NCBI GenBank assembly: GCA_002633005.1
Contig: NMRA01000587.1
Location: 62,001-126,000, forward strand
DNA: 64,000 nt
Reading direction: 5' to 3'
Source: Phoronis australis
Taxonomy: Eukaryota > Animalia > Phoronida
Shown: one piece after another, positions 14,701 through 28,980 of the stretch
Position numbering within the stretch: the first letter of the stretch is position 1
Layout of the letters: every line of letters starts with the position of its first letter
Made by a program: the position numbers and the translations under genes
The notes under the pieces: generated by a model
What the model saw: only the letters and a program-made list of their open reading frames with translations
Databases searched by the model: none
Told to the model about the DNA's origin: nothing

Positions 14701-16541
14701 AACGTATGCTACTGGTCTCGTACAGTGACGTGCGCACGTGGTCCCAGGTGTGTTACTAGAAGGGAATGGTGTTTAGTTACCTTGGCCAAAATTACCAACA
14801 ACTACATGTGTCTTTGGTTATTCTTGCGTTCTTTCGAACGTAGTTATGTTCGCAGTATTTTTGTGTTAAGTTTATTTAGGACCCTAGAAAAATGTTCAAT
14901 TTTAGACAACTTCGGAACATCATATTTCAAAAATGACTTGTCAGATTCACGTGAAAATTGACCTATCGCAAGCTCTGACCCCTTGCAAAATGTAGTCAAA
15001 CGAACAATAAGTTCTACCCTGCAACGTGTTGTTCTTCGGGTAAAATGGCGGCTTGGAAACGAAGGTGTGTCACGAATGCTGCGTTCTAATTGGTCGGTTA
15101 AGCCGTCACTCAAAATCCTGGTGATAGGCTAATTCCAGCTATTATGCTTTATACACTGCTCTTTGAAACATCATTACGTTTTTAAAAGGTTCCACCTCTG
15201 TATGAGGGGCTATCAAAATATGACACGATTCCTATGAAAAAAATGCATTAAACAAATACGAAACGATTATTTAGAAAATTGTAACAGTAACAGCATTTTG
15301 ATGATTTTACATTTATCTTGAACGTTTATATCATGCAAAATTTGCTCATGTTATTGGTCCTGTTGTTTTGCTATGAACAAACTTTTCCTTTTTACTTAAT
15401 TTCACTAAAACATGTTTACGTGACCTACTGCAACTAACGACAAACTGATACTGTCATTCCGGTTCCTCTCAGAATGTTGAGAAAGCAAAAGCTAAAATTT
15501 TTTTTCAGCTGTTTTACCAAACACAAGAAAAACGTTGATGGGGTTGAATTAAAATTCCTGACTACTCTACTAATCTATTGAGAGAGGCCGTTTTAACACT
15601 ATATTTCAGGCTTTATCCGGTGGCATTCAGTACGAGTAGAATTCTACAGCATGATCTGGAGATTGGAGGTTATAATGTTCCCAAAGGAGTAAGTATGTAT
15701 TATGGCACTGGTACGATAGTTTACTGTAAAGAGCGTAATAAGCATAGGCATTTAGTTTGGGGGAGGGGGGTCCATCCTCCTTCCCCATGGACGCTTTTCT
15801 GAGACGTCGCACGAAATTTGACAGGCCACTGATCTGTATACTGAGCTCAAGTGACATAAAAGTCGACAAGAATTACGAAAAATGGAATTGCCGTTGTACG
15901 TTTCCATTGTATTTGAATGCGTATCTATAACTAATACAAACTAGTTATAGTGGTGAATGTCGTGTTTTAATCAGGAAAGCAAAAGTAATTACAAATACTT
16001 TCTGTGTCACGCGAAGCTCTTAATAAGGACTGAAAAGGTCACCGCGCCCACCTGCCTTTCTGAAGCTAATCGCCTTATTAGTTTTTGCAACTTTATGAGA
16101 CTTGCCTAATTAGCCAAGCTCTAATTATAATTTCACAGCTGCGGACTGTAAATCTTACCACAAATCAAGCTCGAATGCCATATAGAATGTGCGCGACATT
16201 TCGCAAGATAAGGTGTATGTATATAAGTTAAAGGTGATTTGGTCGGAAATGGAACCAGACTGCTGCGTCACCTACGCATTGCACCATACAATGTAGGTCG
16301 TATTTGTGAACTGCTTGACCACTGTTAATAAGGCTTTTAAGTTCAAAATCTCTACTCGTCGAGACATGGGTTGCCTCAGCTACACATGTGTTTGAAGAAT
16401 TGTTAATGACAAACTCAATAGGTGGCATGAAGCACAGTTCCGCCAGATTATTTTATCACTGGAAAACACACTCTACACATATCAAAATAATTTGCATGTG
16501 CATCAATGCAAACAACTCTCCCTCTCTCTCACTCTCTCTCC

Positions 16542-16588
<47 letters not shown>

Positions 16589-18120
16589 AGCTCTCGCTCT
16601 AGCTCTCGCTCTCTCTCTATGTGTATGTGTATGCGCATGTGCATGGGTATGTTTCTTTTCAAAAACACCCCAAGAAAACATTTGGGGCGTGCTTGCGTAG
16701 TCGGTAGGTATCCGACGAAAAGCAAATTGACGCGAACGTTTTCTAATTTCAGTCACATGTGCAGTGTAACCTATCGTACATGTCAAAGGATCCTTCCCTT
16801 TTCGACAATCCAGAAGCATTTCAACCAGAGAGGTGGCTGAGAACTGAAGACAAGGTCCCAAAAGCCCAGCACAATATACCATCATTGGTGTTTGGACACG
16901 GTCCCCGAATGTGTATAGGTAGAGACTCCTCATTAGTAATCAGCGATGGTATTTACTGACAAATTTCAATTAATGACTGATTTAACCACAAAACATAGAC
17001 CGTTTTGGGCTCTCGCATAACAGAGGAAATTTAATGCCAGAAAGATCACTAACCTCTTCGTTTGTGTGACTTTGTGCTGGGTTTACAAGTGTCTGCCTTT
17101 GTAACTACATGTATATCGGTTGGTACACTTGGCACAGTGCAATCGGCATATCACATATCAGAGTACACGGAGAAATAATTTCCGTTGAATTGCAATCGTA
17201 TCTCCGTGGACAACTTCCGGTTGGAGAAATGCGTTTCGTATATGTTGTAAAACATTAAAATGGCTAAACAACCCTCTTCCATTTAACCCACTCACTGTTA
17301 CGAAATTGGTTTCAAATTGTTACTTAATCAAATTGGAGGTGATGTCAGCGAGTTTACAAGAGATTTGGCCGCAGTTGTATTGGCCATCCGTTGATATCAT
17401 ACTCCATAACTGACTTAACACATGGTGTCATTTTATGTACTGTGACCAATATTGGTCTCAAGGAACTCACGAACTGTCAGTTCTTTACAACGCCAGACGT
17501 CACTCATATGAGTACCAGAAATCAAGCTGCGACCCATTTCTACACAACTACTGACTGGCTTAAAATAGATCATAAGTTTGCTTCTTGGACTGGGTTTATA
17601 ATCGTTTTAACAAAGTTGTAGACCATTCATAATCAGTGAATTACTCTAGCTGAAATGAAAGCTTTCGCCAAAATATGGCAAACCAACAGTACTATATTTG
17701 CCTTCTGTTTTTAAGTCACTCGCCACCCGTGTCAGCTCTTCTGTGAACGATAAAAACATCAAAGCGTGTGATTGACACGTACATGTTCAAACAGATTTTA
17801 TTTACTCTGAGCTTAATTGGAATGGTCGTCAGGTTATTTCAGTGGGGACTAATTTGCTAGCACACGCTGGAAAAGTAGCGAGAAACTAGCGTGATGTGAC
17901 TAAATTTGCAAGAAATGAGCCTGGTACTGAAGGAATACATGTAGGCCTATCTCTGATTATTACAGGTCGGCGGTTTGCGGAACAGGAAGTTTACATTGCT
18001 GTTGCTAAGGTGATCAGTAACTTCAGACTGGAGTACCACCACGAAGAATGCTTTCCCGTGTTGAAGACGGTTATGAATCCCGACAGGCCTGTTCGACTCA
18101 AATTCATTCCCAGAGTTTAA
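8738..18120 (+). CDS. Cytochrome P450, mitochondrial clan (CYP27/CYP10/CYP49-like); 9 traceable coding exons, 492 aa plus unresolved N-terminus
   Basis: Exons 8738-8872, 11432-11634, 12318-12511, 12998-13218, 13607-13765, 14272-14438, 15610-15688, 16753-16918, 17966-18120, all GT-AG and in frame (phases 0,2,1,0,0,2,0,1). Motifs: RPFDQIPGPKGLPLIG, GEDWYKLR (C-helix WxxxR), FKWSMES, I-helix GSLETTSN, KACLKETFRLYP (ExxR), FQPERW, FGHGPRMCIGRRFAEQE (heme Cys). Start codon not identified. Confidence 0.95.
13915..14190. repeat. Degenerate (GAT/GGT)n trinucleotide low-complexity tract in CYP intron
   Basis: gatgatggtgatgttcgttgtgatggaggagatgacgtagatggtgatggtg...; produces spurious M/V-rich and I/T-rich ORFs. 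Confidence 0.85.
14957..15134. mobile_element. MITE with AATTGACCTATCGC termini; related fragments at 19880-19980, 21952-22090 and ~23940-23965
   Basis: Left AATTGACCTATCGC, right GTGATAGGCTAATT. Internal part is the reverse complement of 21980-22085 (gaccaatcagaacgcagcattcttggcacaccttcg...). It interrupts a longer repeat (14870-14945 plus 15230-15425) that recurs at ~25760-26130. Confidence 0.65.
16517..16645. repeat. (CT)n plus (TG/TA)n microsatellite in CYP intron
   Basis: Long ctctctct run followed by atgtgtatgtgtatgcgcatgtgcat. Confidence 0.95.
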
Positions 18121-20460
18121 AGCCGACTAAACCATGACATGACAAGTCACCACGACACAGAGAAACAGTGATTGCTTTTGAATTGCGTGTAATTTTGTTA
18201 CTTCAAATAGGTCATGGATTTTACGTTTTATGACCTCCACAAACCATTCTTGCCTCCATCTCCTTGGTGTCTTATATCGTTGTATTCGTCATGTGTCCTT
18301 GAAGTTCTCCTCTCCACAATTAAACTAATCCTGATCGACGTGGTGACAGGGTTTTCCAAAATTGTTAACAAGAATATTCAAAACTTTGAGTGTCTGGGAA
18401 TGATTTAACTAGGAATGAATGGTGTTTTTCTTATTCCAGGAATTTGTTTGCATGTCTGTCACAAAAGTGACAGTAAAAAAAGGTTTTTGACTGAGGTTAA
18501 GAGCCAAACACAGCCAGCTGTACGCCTCCAGTGCAGATGTCGATGGTTTTGTGTAACAAAGTTGATGAGCTAAGGCGGAGAATAACTTGACAAAACCGTG
18601 TCCCAAATTTTATGAGTGAAGATCTGTTCCTTTTGTAAGAATAATACTTCATTTGAAAGGGAAATGCACGTTCTATGGAGAAAGCGAAGTCTCTCAGAGA
18701 GTCAGCCACTTGTCCAGAGCCAGAACGAATGCATTCGTCGTTTCTCTGCAATGAGAATCAGCAGACTGCTGAGTGTCTTTTCCATACTTCTACGCTTTTC
18801 AAAAGCTTTTGGATTCCTGGAATGAGAAAGACGTCATTACAGTGAGATAAATTCCTGATATTCACATTCCAAAGAAGTTTTGTGAACATCATTTTGGACA
18901 CCCTATCTGTATACAGGACGTACATTCATAAAACGAGATAATGGTTAGTTTGCTATTTTTTTTCGGTTACAAAATTGTAGGTCGATTTGACTACCACGAG
19001 TAGCCTACATTTTCACGAAAGACGTCGCTGTAGTCGGCTGGCGCTAGCAAGACCGGTGCGCTAACTGATATTCCAGCAGACTTTGGCGAACTTTTTCTAC
19101 CCTATGAAACTAGCTATGGCAAAGACAAAAGGCAAGAGCCTTCAGGTTCCCACGGGAATGAGGTTAAGATTTACGTCGAGGACACCTAACAAGTAAGACG
19201 AGACAGGGGCATTGCGTACTTGCTTTGTGTTTTTGCCGTTTCTGTAGTGCTACGGCGTAGCGCCATAATACTACGTATTTTCAGTAATTAATATGCATTT
19301 TCTCCGATGTTCATAAAGTTTTCAATCTTTCGCTTTGACTTTTACTCTTTTGTCAAAATAATTACATATCACGAGCCTTGCTCGACCGGTCTAAGAGAAG
19401 TTACCAAGGAGTAGGCCTATAACAACACTCACAGTTACTAGATGTAAGAGCCTCTAATAGGTACGTAGGTACATGCAATGCATTTTGACTCTTGATTGAC
19501 CTCGTTTTCGCCAGTGCTATGAAAATGGTTGACATGTATATAATGGTTTTGAACCAGTGATTGCAGATAGCCGGCGGGACACACACATATCATGACCTTA
19601 ATCCAGAGCCAAAATTCAGTTATTGCGAATGAATATTAAAAAGAATGCATACCTTAGAACAAACATACTTGTGTTTAGTTTTCGAGGGGTCAAACAATGT
19701 TAACAAGTTAAGCTGTTCGTGAGGGCGTACACACAATTTAATTAATCCACCGTCACGTCATTTTTAGGCATTGGAAAAGGCTAAAAATTCACAGGACTTT
19801 CATCTCTGTCTGTATAACGACTGTCTGAATTAAACACCACATAACAACACCTCTTGACCATTTAAAATGCACATTGTAGTTGAACGTGTTTCGTCCGACA
19901 GCGCTAATATTTGTCGGACAAGATGGCGACATGAACTGCAGTTGGAGGAGTGCCCGGAATGCAGCATTCTGATTGGTCAATCACACATGTCATTCATTTT
20001 CAGGCGTAAGGACAATAATTCGCTAAAAGTGGTACTAGGTCACGCTTGGCAGACTTTGAAAGGAGTTTTCAAAATTTCCTATAAACTTTTGAAATTTGTC
20101 GAGCATTACAGGGCATTTTTTCGCATCAAAGAAGTGAATGGGAACGTCGTTTTTAATGTCTCTTAAAAGGCCAAAGCCCGGTTTGGTATCATTTTAAGTA
20201 AACTGAATGGTACGACTATGAGAGGCCACAAAATAGCTAGTCAAGTGAGATTTGACAGTAATTATTTAATCATCTCGTTAAGCGTAACATGAACTGTATC
20301 TACATGACGTCAAACTTAAGTTGACCAATAGAGACATAACTGTTTCCAAGTTCATCGTACAGTCAGTTGTGCATTCAGACGAATGTGAAAGTATGTTTTA
20401 TCATTTACATACTCGGAAATCAACCATTCAGTGAAATGGACAATAAAATATCATACAAGT

Positions 20461-20600
20461 GTAGGCAGATCCAGGGAATGGGTGGCTTTTCCCTTTAATT
20501 TTTTATATCAAATCTAGAATTTTCAAATTGTTGACTTCAAATCCCTGTTTGAAAAATCTTGATCCGACCCCCCTTTTTAAAAATCTTGGATCCGTCTCTG
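20461..20600. mobile_element. Short hAT-like MITE remnant (GGCGGATCCAG/CTGGATCCGCC family)
   Basis: Starts gtaggcagatccagg and ends aaatcttggatccgtctctg. Termini of the same family appear at ~23255-23270, ~31378-31400 and ~38461-38479. Confidence 0.55.
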
Positions 20601-22772
20601 AATATTAAGAGACAATGAGGATGTCTGAATGAAGATTTAAAATGTGTCAGTTTTTTACAAAACCGAAGTGTCTGAAGGTACAAGTCCTCAAATTTTCGTC
20701 TGCCGAAATTTCAGCTTCCTAATGCATTACGGCGTTTTCCCGTTGCTTCCAACTTGTTCGGTTCTATAGCCCAACAGCAAGTTGGGAAGTTTACCCCTGT
20801 AGCCGATATCTTACACGAATGATTAACTCCATTCTGGCATTCATGGCTGGAGGGCCAGCTCTATTTTGTTCGATAATTGCTCTAATCTTCAATGAGATCG
20901 TATCTAACCTGACTGGGCTGTGCGGTTAAAAATAAAAGCTAAGTTATAACATATTTGAACATAAACCAATAGTCTTTCTGAAATCCTCGTCAAATGGTGA
21001 TCATGTTAAGTTTTTGAATCGCCAAAATCGCCCAACTACAACCGAAGATACGATAATCTATTCTTTCCTATTGTACCAATTCACTCTGGGTTTGTTCACA
21101 CGTGGTCTCTTGCGCGCACCCAGCCTTCAATATGGGTGGTTCGAATTCTTGCTTCTTGCCGTTGTGGACCTTTTAGTAACAAAAAGGCGGGCGGACTAAA
21201 AAAAACAGGGGGCGCCACTGTGAATTGCGCGTTTGTGCTTGTTTAGGGGAGTTTTGTTTCATTTTCTCGGACTTTTTGTTTCTGAGAGGCGAACCTTTTT
21301 GCCCACTTCGCCAAATGGTGGGGGGTGGGGCTCGTTCGATCCCCCCGAGCCCCCCTGGGTGCGCGCATGGGTCTGTAATAAGCCTGGTAGATAATTGGCG
21401 TGCCTGTTGTCATAACAGACAAAAGACTGCTTGGCAGCTAGGAAAGAAGCTAGATGTTATCACACGATCAGAACCCCCTTCGTCTGGTAATAAAAGTTAC
21501 TGAACGGGAAAACGCTGTCATGGACTTGTAAATTAAGGTTTGAAATGTCACGACTGTAAATGAACGTCAAAGCGGCAACAAGCTTCATTCTTTCAATCAA
21601 AACAGACAAAAATCGAGAGTACGTGACCTTCAAACACTGTGCCAAACTCAAGTACCCAGCATAGTTTTTCGTGAAATTCGGAGAGGTAACAACAAACAAA
21701 TAACCCCAAAACTGTTGATCGATGAACGAGACACAGATATTCGTGTGTAGGCATAAGTACTCGGGTGATTGTCCCAAACTTTTGGTCCTGGACATGAGCC
21801 GGAAATGTTATCTTGAGTTTGTCACCAACACGAATTTGAATGTAATGCATCGATTTAGTCTGCGATTGTAGTTGCAACAACCACAAGTCACGCTTAAAGC
21901 ATTTCTCAATAGATGTAGCAGCATGCGTTTCTCAACTTAATGTCCGAAAGGAATTGACCTATCGCTAGGATTATGACGGACGGCTTAATTGACCAATCAG
22001 AACGCAGCATTCTTGGCACACCTTCGTCTGCGTTTCCAAGCCGACATTTTACCCGACAAACAACACGCAGTCGAGTAAAACTTACTTTAGTCTATACATG
22101 TAGCTCAAGAAATTGTCCGCTAAGAATGGGGAAACGGTGTTGATATGACGTGTGTAGTCCCGACAGCCGTTATGCTGCTCCAGAATAATATCCCGTCATT
22201 TTTTGGCATGTCCTAAGCCGAAAAATGATGTTGAAAAGCGTTAGCTATGGATCAAACTGTACGGCCACACGAGCAGCTGAACTTAGCGATGTTGCTTGAT
22301 AACTCGAAGGCTATAATAAACACAAATATATTAGTTCCTAGATACGCACTTTTCAGCTTGGTGGCTATGGTGCAGGGCTATCTCAGATTTTGACTCCCGA
22401 GTTGGGTACGTCTGGCCGCCTTTGTCTCGGCACCTGCTGGAACTCAGCACTCTAGCGGTAGTCCCCGGAAATTGTTGTTTTCAAGGACATTTTTATTTTA
22501 TGTTTTTTATCTATTTCAACCTAATGGACATTATTTTGTTTCGTATCAGAGGTACATTTTTGTTATTCATAAACCGTAAGCTGGCGTTCAACTGAACTTC
22601 TCTACTGGTCAAAATTCAGAGATTCGATCGGCACAGGGAAGGGCACTGGATTACTGCCGGAACTCAAAGCCTTGGTCGAGCTGTTGTCACTAAAAATAAA
22701 CTGTTGAATTACTTTTTGACGTGTACCTCTAGTATACACTATGTCTGTAGAGTTAGAGAGAGCTCATTTTGG

Positions 22773-22973
22773 NNNNNNNNNNNNNNNNNNNNNNNNNNNN
22801 NNNNNNNNNNNNNNNNNNNNNNNNNNNNNNNNNNNNNNNNNNNNNNNNNNNNNNNNNNNNNNNNNNNNNNNNNNNNNNNNNNNNNNNNNNNNNNNNNNNN
22901 NNNNNNNNNNNNNNNNNNNNNNNNNNNNNNNNNNNNNNNNNNNNNNNNNNNNNNNNNNNNNNNNNNNNNNNNN
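22773..22973. other. Assembly gap (N run)
   Basis: 201 consecutive N. Confidence 1.
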
Positions 22974-25900
22974 CAGAGGCCCCAGCCCCCCCCCCCTTGG
23001 CTGCCTCAAGCAAAATGAAACAGCAAGAGCGTGAGGAAATATTGAGTTCAGTAACTAGGACCTGAAGCGGAAGAGGGGGGCTCAGACCCCAGATCGCGGC
23101 GGTATCGTGTTCCTGTTTTTTTTAGTTCACCTATAGATTTTCTGAACAGAACGGTCTACATCCCTGGCCCCTGCAACTTTCGGGCCGCCTGTGCACATAC
23201 AATCGCACTTTGCCCAATTCCACGAGGCAACATATGTTGGGCCACTTGTGGTATCCTAGATCCGCCACTGAATTCCAGACATTAATTTTACTGAGACACA
23301 GCCCTATACCTAGGCTACCTAAGCTAACTGTTTATCCAGGACGAGCTGAGTGTGTACCTGAGCTATGAACCTGAATTTTTTGATCAAAATATTTCGTGAC
23401 AAGATTAGAAAAGCTATCGAGTCGATCTAGTCAGAGAGTATACTGCATGTGTTGTCTGTAATCTATGACCTACTTTACTCCAGGAGTCCCACCAGTTGTG
23501 ACCTACTTTTCATTTGGCGAAATTTAGCAGACGACAAAATAAAAATATCGGTGAATCTTCACTGATTTTATTCGAAAGGTCATGAAATCTATGGAATCGT
23601 ACAGACAATTCGACTTTAAGGTACATTTCCAGCTTTACATGAACATATCGTATCAGAAGCCTTGGCATTTGTCAGGTGAAGGTAGCCCCGAGGCCGAGGG
23701 GCTCTTCGCATTTTCTCTGGCTCCTCGAGCACTTATTTTTTCATCGTCACCTTTACAGATTCCAATATCATGAACGTACGATTCACTGTTGAAAAGCATC
23801 GCCTCTTGTCTCTGTCGACGCGTTTTCAAATAGTGCAAAAACACTCCGGCATCGATTCCACCAGGAACGTCGTTTAGCGACAGTGTATTTGCCTCTGAAT
23901 CTCGTTCGAATGTCGGGTATCACGTGACTTTTCGCATAGGGGCGGAGCTTGCGATAGGTCAATTTCCAAGCAAAATCGGAATGTGAATGTGACCTGACCC
24001 TAGCACAATGCTACCCGTTTCAGCACGACGAAGGACAATCTCCAGCCATCGCCACCTGTGCTTTCGAGGCGTTCCGGGTCATTCACGGTCACGCTAGTTT
24101 CGACTTAAGAAGTAAACAGTTGTGTAAGACGTGCTGAGTCGACAAGAACACTACAGACGCATTTTTCAATCTCAGATCACGTTGGACACTTGTGCGTGAA
24201 TGGCTTGTATATTCCTCCAAATAATTAAAAGTGGCAATTCGACTTCATGAAGATGGTAAAGTATTTACAATACAGGGGATATTCCACTGAATTGAATGCA
24301 GCCAAGAATGCAGAAGTTGTCCACCAATTGTTATTGCGGGAAATGGCTATTGAAGTCTAGTTGTTTTGACGTCTTATACATCTTCATCTTTTTGTTGTCA
24401 AATACACGCCTAGTTGTTGATTGTAATACAATTCACATATGTTGATATCGCCTCTTTGTGCATAAATGTGTCAGTGTTTACGATGCTGTTTGACCACGCA
24501 CCGAAAATATTGGCGCGTCGAACATCTCGACCTAATTTTTGAGACGCAACATTTTCACTAGCGGTACATTGCATTTTATCTCATACGCGTTACAGTGCGA
24601 CCGTGAGTTGTGCACGTTATTACAGTGACGTAACAGGCGACAATAATGCAAGAAAGAAAATCCACTAAGTTAGACAGAACCGCTGTACGCAAATTTATCT
24701 CAGACAACATTCATTGAACAGTTGCTCGTATTCTTTTCATAAAAATATTCCTATTTGAGTACACTAATGTGCTTAGTGACGTACATGTACGCTAATATTT
24801 CACCTATTTCGCACCAAGCGCAAGTTGCAAAATGGTCATTTTTCGTTTTTCAAAGTCTGACTGCAATGATACTTATTATGAACAGGCCAGGTGTTCTTTT
24901 ACCACATATATACACAAAACGGACTATTTATTATTTAAATACAACTTTTTTATTGTTCATGTTTTGTTGAAAGATGTAACAACATGGATTTCCACGTGTG
25001 AACCACATTGCATTCGAAATATAGGGGAAGAATTACCGTAATCATCATTCTAAATGAACGCGTGCTTGTTAGGCAGACGCTCACACACACAAGGGTCAGT
25101 ATGGAAACATCAATGAACACTTAATATTCCTCGACTCCCTAGATTCCCCTCTGTATCCACGCCTGCCTTCAGCGCCTGAAAATTCTTCATTTTATTAAAA
25201 CAAGTCCCGAGGTTAATTTTTCCTTTACCTCTTATTTTATGTTTGATACGTTAACGTACTAAGACGAATGGCCAATCGCGTTTAATTTCACACAAGTCTT
25301 TACAGCTTGGACAATCGTCTATAAAGTCAGAATCGTCACCAAGCTGTAAAGTAGCGACTGTCGGCTATGCAGATGCAATTTTACTTCCTTGTTCTTTATG
25401 TTTACCCAGCTATAATATTTTTAATGGCAGTAATACATACAGCGGAGAAATTTTCAACTCTCCAAAACTCCAAGTGAAACATAATGAAAGATAAGATCGA
25501 TCATAAGAACTCTGGCTATTTTCTGGAAATCTTTTTTGATTTCCCAATGAATGTAAACCTTCAACGAAGCATTCATAAATATAAAGAAACATTTCTCAGC
25601 AGATTCTCTCAATATTAATTCTTATAACTGTTCACAAGGCTTTGAAGTAGGACAGTCATCGCCATTCCAAATACGACTAAGAGTGTACTCGGTATCTAAT
25701 AACTATGGCTGAATTTTCCTAGACTCGTTTCTATTTACATTTAGGTTAACACGTTACGCTTAAGGTTATTTAGAACCCTAGAAAATATCTAAATTTTGCT
25801 AACTTCGGAGCATCATATCACAGAAATGGCTGATCGCATTAATACGAAACATTCGGATGCTATGCCTTTATGCACTATTATCTAAAACTTTGTTTGAATT

Positions 25901-28120
25901 TTTTTTTCATTTTTGCAGGAAAGGCTACTAATTTGATGATTTTCATGAAAAAAATCCGGAATTCCAAAAAAATTAACCGAAACGATCAGTTGGAAAAACA
26001 TTAACAGGGTTTTTGAGATCTCATCATGGAGAATTGCATCAATTAAAATTAGTAGTGTTATTGATCCTTCTGTTTTGTTATCACTACAATTTACTTTTTT
26101 CCTTAATTTTACTAAAATATAGTCAGTGACCCAACTAAAGTCAGGTTGGCAAAAATTGAATTCTACAGGATTTGTTCTGTCAGAAATATATACATTTACT
26201 GAGTTAAAGTCTGTAGTTTTATAGATATTAGGCTACGTACGCAGGCATGTCAGTAAAGTCCTATCTATTACATTCATAACCCCCGACAGTCCCGAATAAA
26301 ATGTTTATTACTAAGCAGCGTTTCGGGGCACACGTGCCACCCAACCCGTGCGTCACTCCGTATTTGGCAAAAGCATTCACCCTCCACCTGTGGCTATTCA
26401 TATGGTCTATTACTGTACGAAACACAAAGGTACAGCTAAGAGATAGGTGCATTGAACTTTAGATCCTCAAACGTTTCACTTTCTATATGAGTTCAAAATA
26501 AGTTGTTTATGCATTCGTACGTGCCCTGGAGGTGCGGTTAATCCCTTTGTGTTTAATGGTTTTTTACTGACTGACTGCACACGGTTGTAATGTCATGCAA
26601 GTCAACTCAAGTATCAAAATGTTTAATATTCATAAGCAAACGATTTCTTAATGTTACTAACCATGAAAACTGACAAAATAGTTTATTCCATACCACTTTA
26701 TTTTACTTTATTTAGCAGGGTTTTGTCGCATTTTACGTTAAACCACGCAGAAGCTTTCTAAAGATATTTCATCTCTTTTTGTATTTGACGCATCATTGCC
26801 TTTTGATGAAATCTTTTTATGGAGCATTCCATAAGGGGTTGACACTTAAAGGGATATTGTCGCTCGGTTTGTATGATTTTATAACATATCGCAAATTCTC
26901 GCCCTTTAGGTGGCTGCCAGTGACTCAAAATCGAAGCCGGTGGCTTTATCAGTTACTTAGACTTAAAATACACTGTATATTGCTTTTTGCAGAGTGGGAT
27001 ATAAGTCCGATATCAAAGTGTCTGGCTGAGACTGCCGAGGTCGTGAATTCCATTCCGTGTTGGGGCTGATCTCAAAAACCATTTTTCTTCGATTGTGTGA
27101 CTTCAAAGCTACTGTTTCCGCTTCATTTTACTTAAAAACTTCAGAAACGGATTTGTCGCAGGTTAGCGCAGTCGAAAATTAAGCCCAAATAATACTCTTT
27201 CTACGCAGCTCTAAACATTTTCAAACTTTAGTGAGTTTAACATTTTCTAGTTAAATTTTTATTTTTGCTGGTGCACCACCACTCTAAAATGGCCGCCGTA
27301 GTGACTGACAGCTGACTCATGCAGTACCGTGAAACTCACTCAGTTGCCGCCATATTTAACGAGGTTTCCGTGGAAGCCCTGCCCACTTTAAAAAATTAAA
27401 AAATTTAATAGTAAGATAAGGTAAACACAAACAGGGCTGAAAGTTACGAAATGTTTATATTTCAGTGACATTTTCGACTGACGAAACTTATCCTGTGTTG
27501 TGAACTGGTAAATGTAACAAAGTACATGTATCTTTAAGAGTATAAAAAGCCTGATAAGCAGTGCGATGAAAATGTTGCGGCAAAAGGAAATAAGAAATAA
27601 AATGCACCTGTATTTTCTCCACAACTAATAAACACAAAGATTGGAAAAGGGTGTTTGGGTGTTACTATTTCTATTTTTATATGTACATGTATTACTGGCG
27701 AATAAAGCTGCGATAATAACAAGAATTTTATTTACGCTTTCCTTATCTGGTCCACGTAAATATTTTGTTTGTTAACTCAGTTTGTTCGCCTCTCTTGACG
27801 GAGGAGCACCCATTTACATGCACAATCGGTTTTCTGTGGAAACGTGTGTATTTATTTCCCTTCGTGAAAAGCAAATTGTACTAGACCAGCAACACGCTCG
27901 TTTTTTCTGTCTTAACACGCAAGATTGTTGTTTGATGCAATTGACTTCTTGAAGTTATTACAGTTTGACAGAGCTATGAAGCAACAATATCGTATATGAT
28001 ACTTGTCTCAATACAAATCGCAAGATGTCACTGTTCAGCTCCCAGTCACTCGCTTAAGTCAAGGCGGGTGACTTTACCATTTAAATATCCTTAAATTCTC
28101 CGCCATTTAACGACTTGAAT

Positions 28121-28980
28121 CATAGGCGGATTTAGGGGNTAATACCAGTAATTAACATTTCAATGTATGCAGTTTTAGTGTGTTTGGGGGGAACACGGCG
28201 CAATCGAGTATGGCTAGGTACAGGCTCTCCCAGTATATCCCAGGCGACCGGCAGTAGGGCTGCGCACTACGACTCCGTTTCCGTCGCCTGCTTCACTGTG
28301 CAATGAAGAAAATTACTGCATTTTTCAAAGAAAATGGAATCTGAGTGACGATGATAAAACAGAAGCTGCTGGTAAGATGAGAATTTTAATCGAAGCCTTA
28401 GTGAATTACTCAGTAACTCATAATTCTCTCTTTGTCAAACCTTAACTTAAAACGATTTCCAAATCACTATCGCGTCATTAATGCCAACACAAAAAAACGG
28501 ATTTGGTCTTTTGGGCAATTGAAGACTATTCTAAATACAACGAATTTGTTACGAACTGATTGCACAAAATATAAAAAGTGTAATCAGCATTACAAAAAGA
28601 AGTAACTTTCGCGCGCAAACGCTGTGGACCATAAACAAGTAAGTCTCTTAGTATCAAATTAAGAGTGAAATCGTGGCGGTGCAGTGGTAAAGCACGCGCG
28701 CTCTATCCGCCAGGTCGTGAGTTCGAGTCTTCGGTATTTGCAGATTTTCAAGTTTGACACGTTCTCCGTGTCTTTTTTTCTTGGATAATATTTCAGGAAT
28801 CAAGGAAAACACTTGATTTTTAGGGGAAAAAACAGAAAAGTTTTCCTGGGCGGAAGGGGGGCAACCCCTCCCCCTCCCGACCTCCCCCCATTCGGCGCTA
28901 CGCGCATCTACAATCGTGCTTTGCGCAAATGTTTACAGACAAATGTTGCCCCTCCTTGTGATATCATAGATCCGCTGCTG
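28121..28980 (+). mobile_element. hAT-like non-autonomous element carrying a tRNA-derived (SINE-head-like) module
   Basis: Starts CATAGGCGGATTTAGGGG, ends TAGATCCGCTGCTG. Internal 28672-28745 has Pol III A-box-like TGGCGGTGCAGTGG and B-box GTTCGAGTC. A homologous copy lies on the minus strand at 53314-53617. Confidence 0.7.

Noticed and set aside
22704-23065. ORFs spanning the N run (also 53121-53453)
   Set aside because: Artefacts of the assembly gaps.
28672-28745. Functional tRNA gene
   Set aside because: A and B boxes are present but there is no convincing acceptor stem. It is embedded in a repeat, and the second copy (~53445-53510) is diverged, so it is SINE-like.
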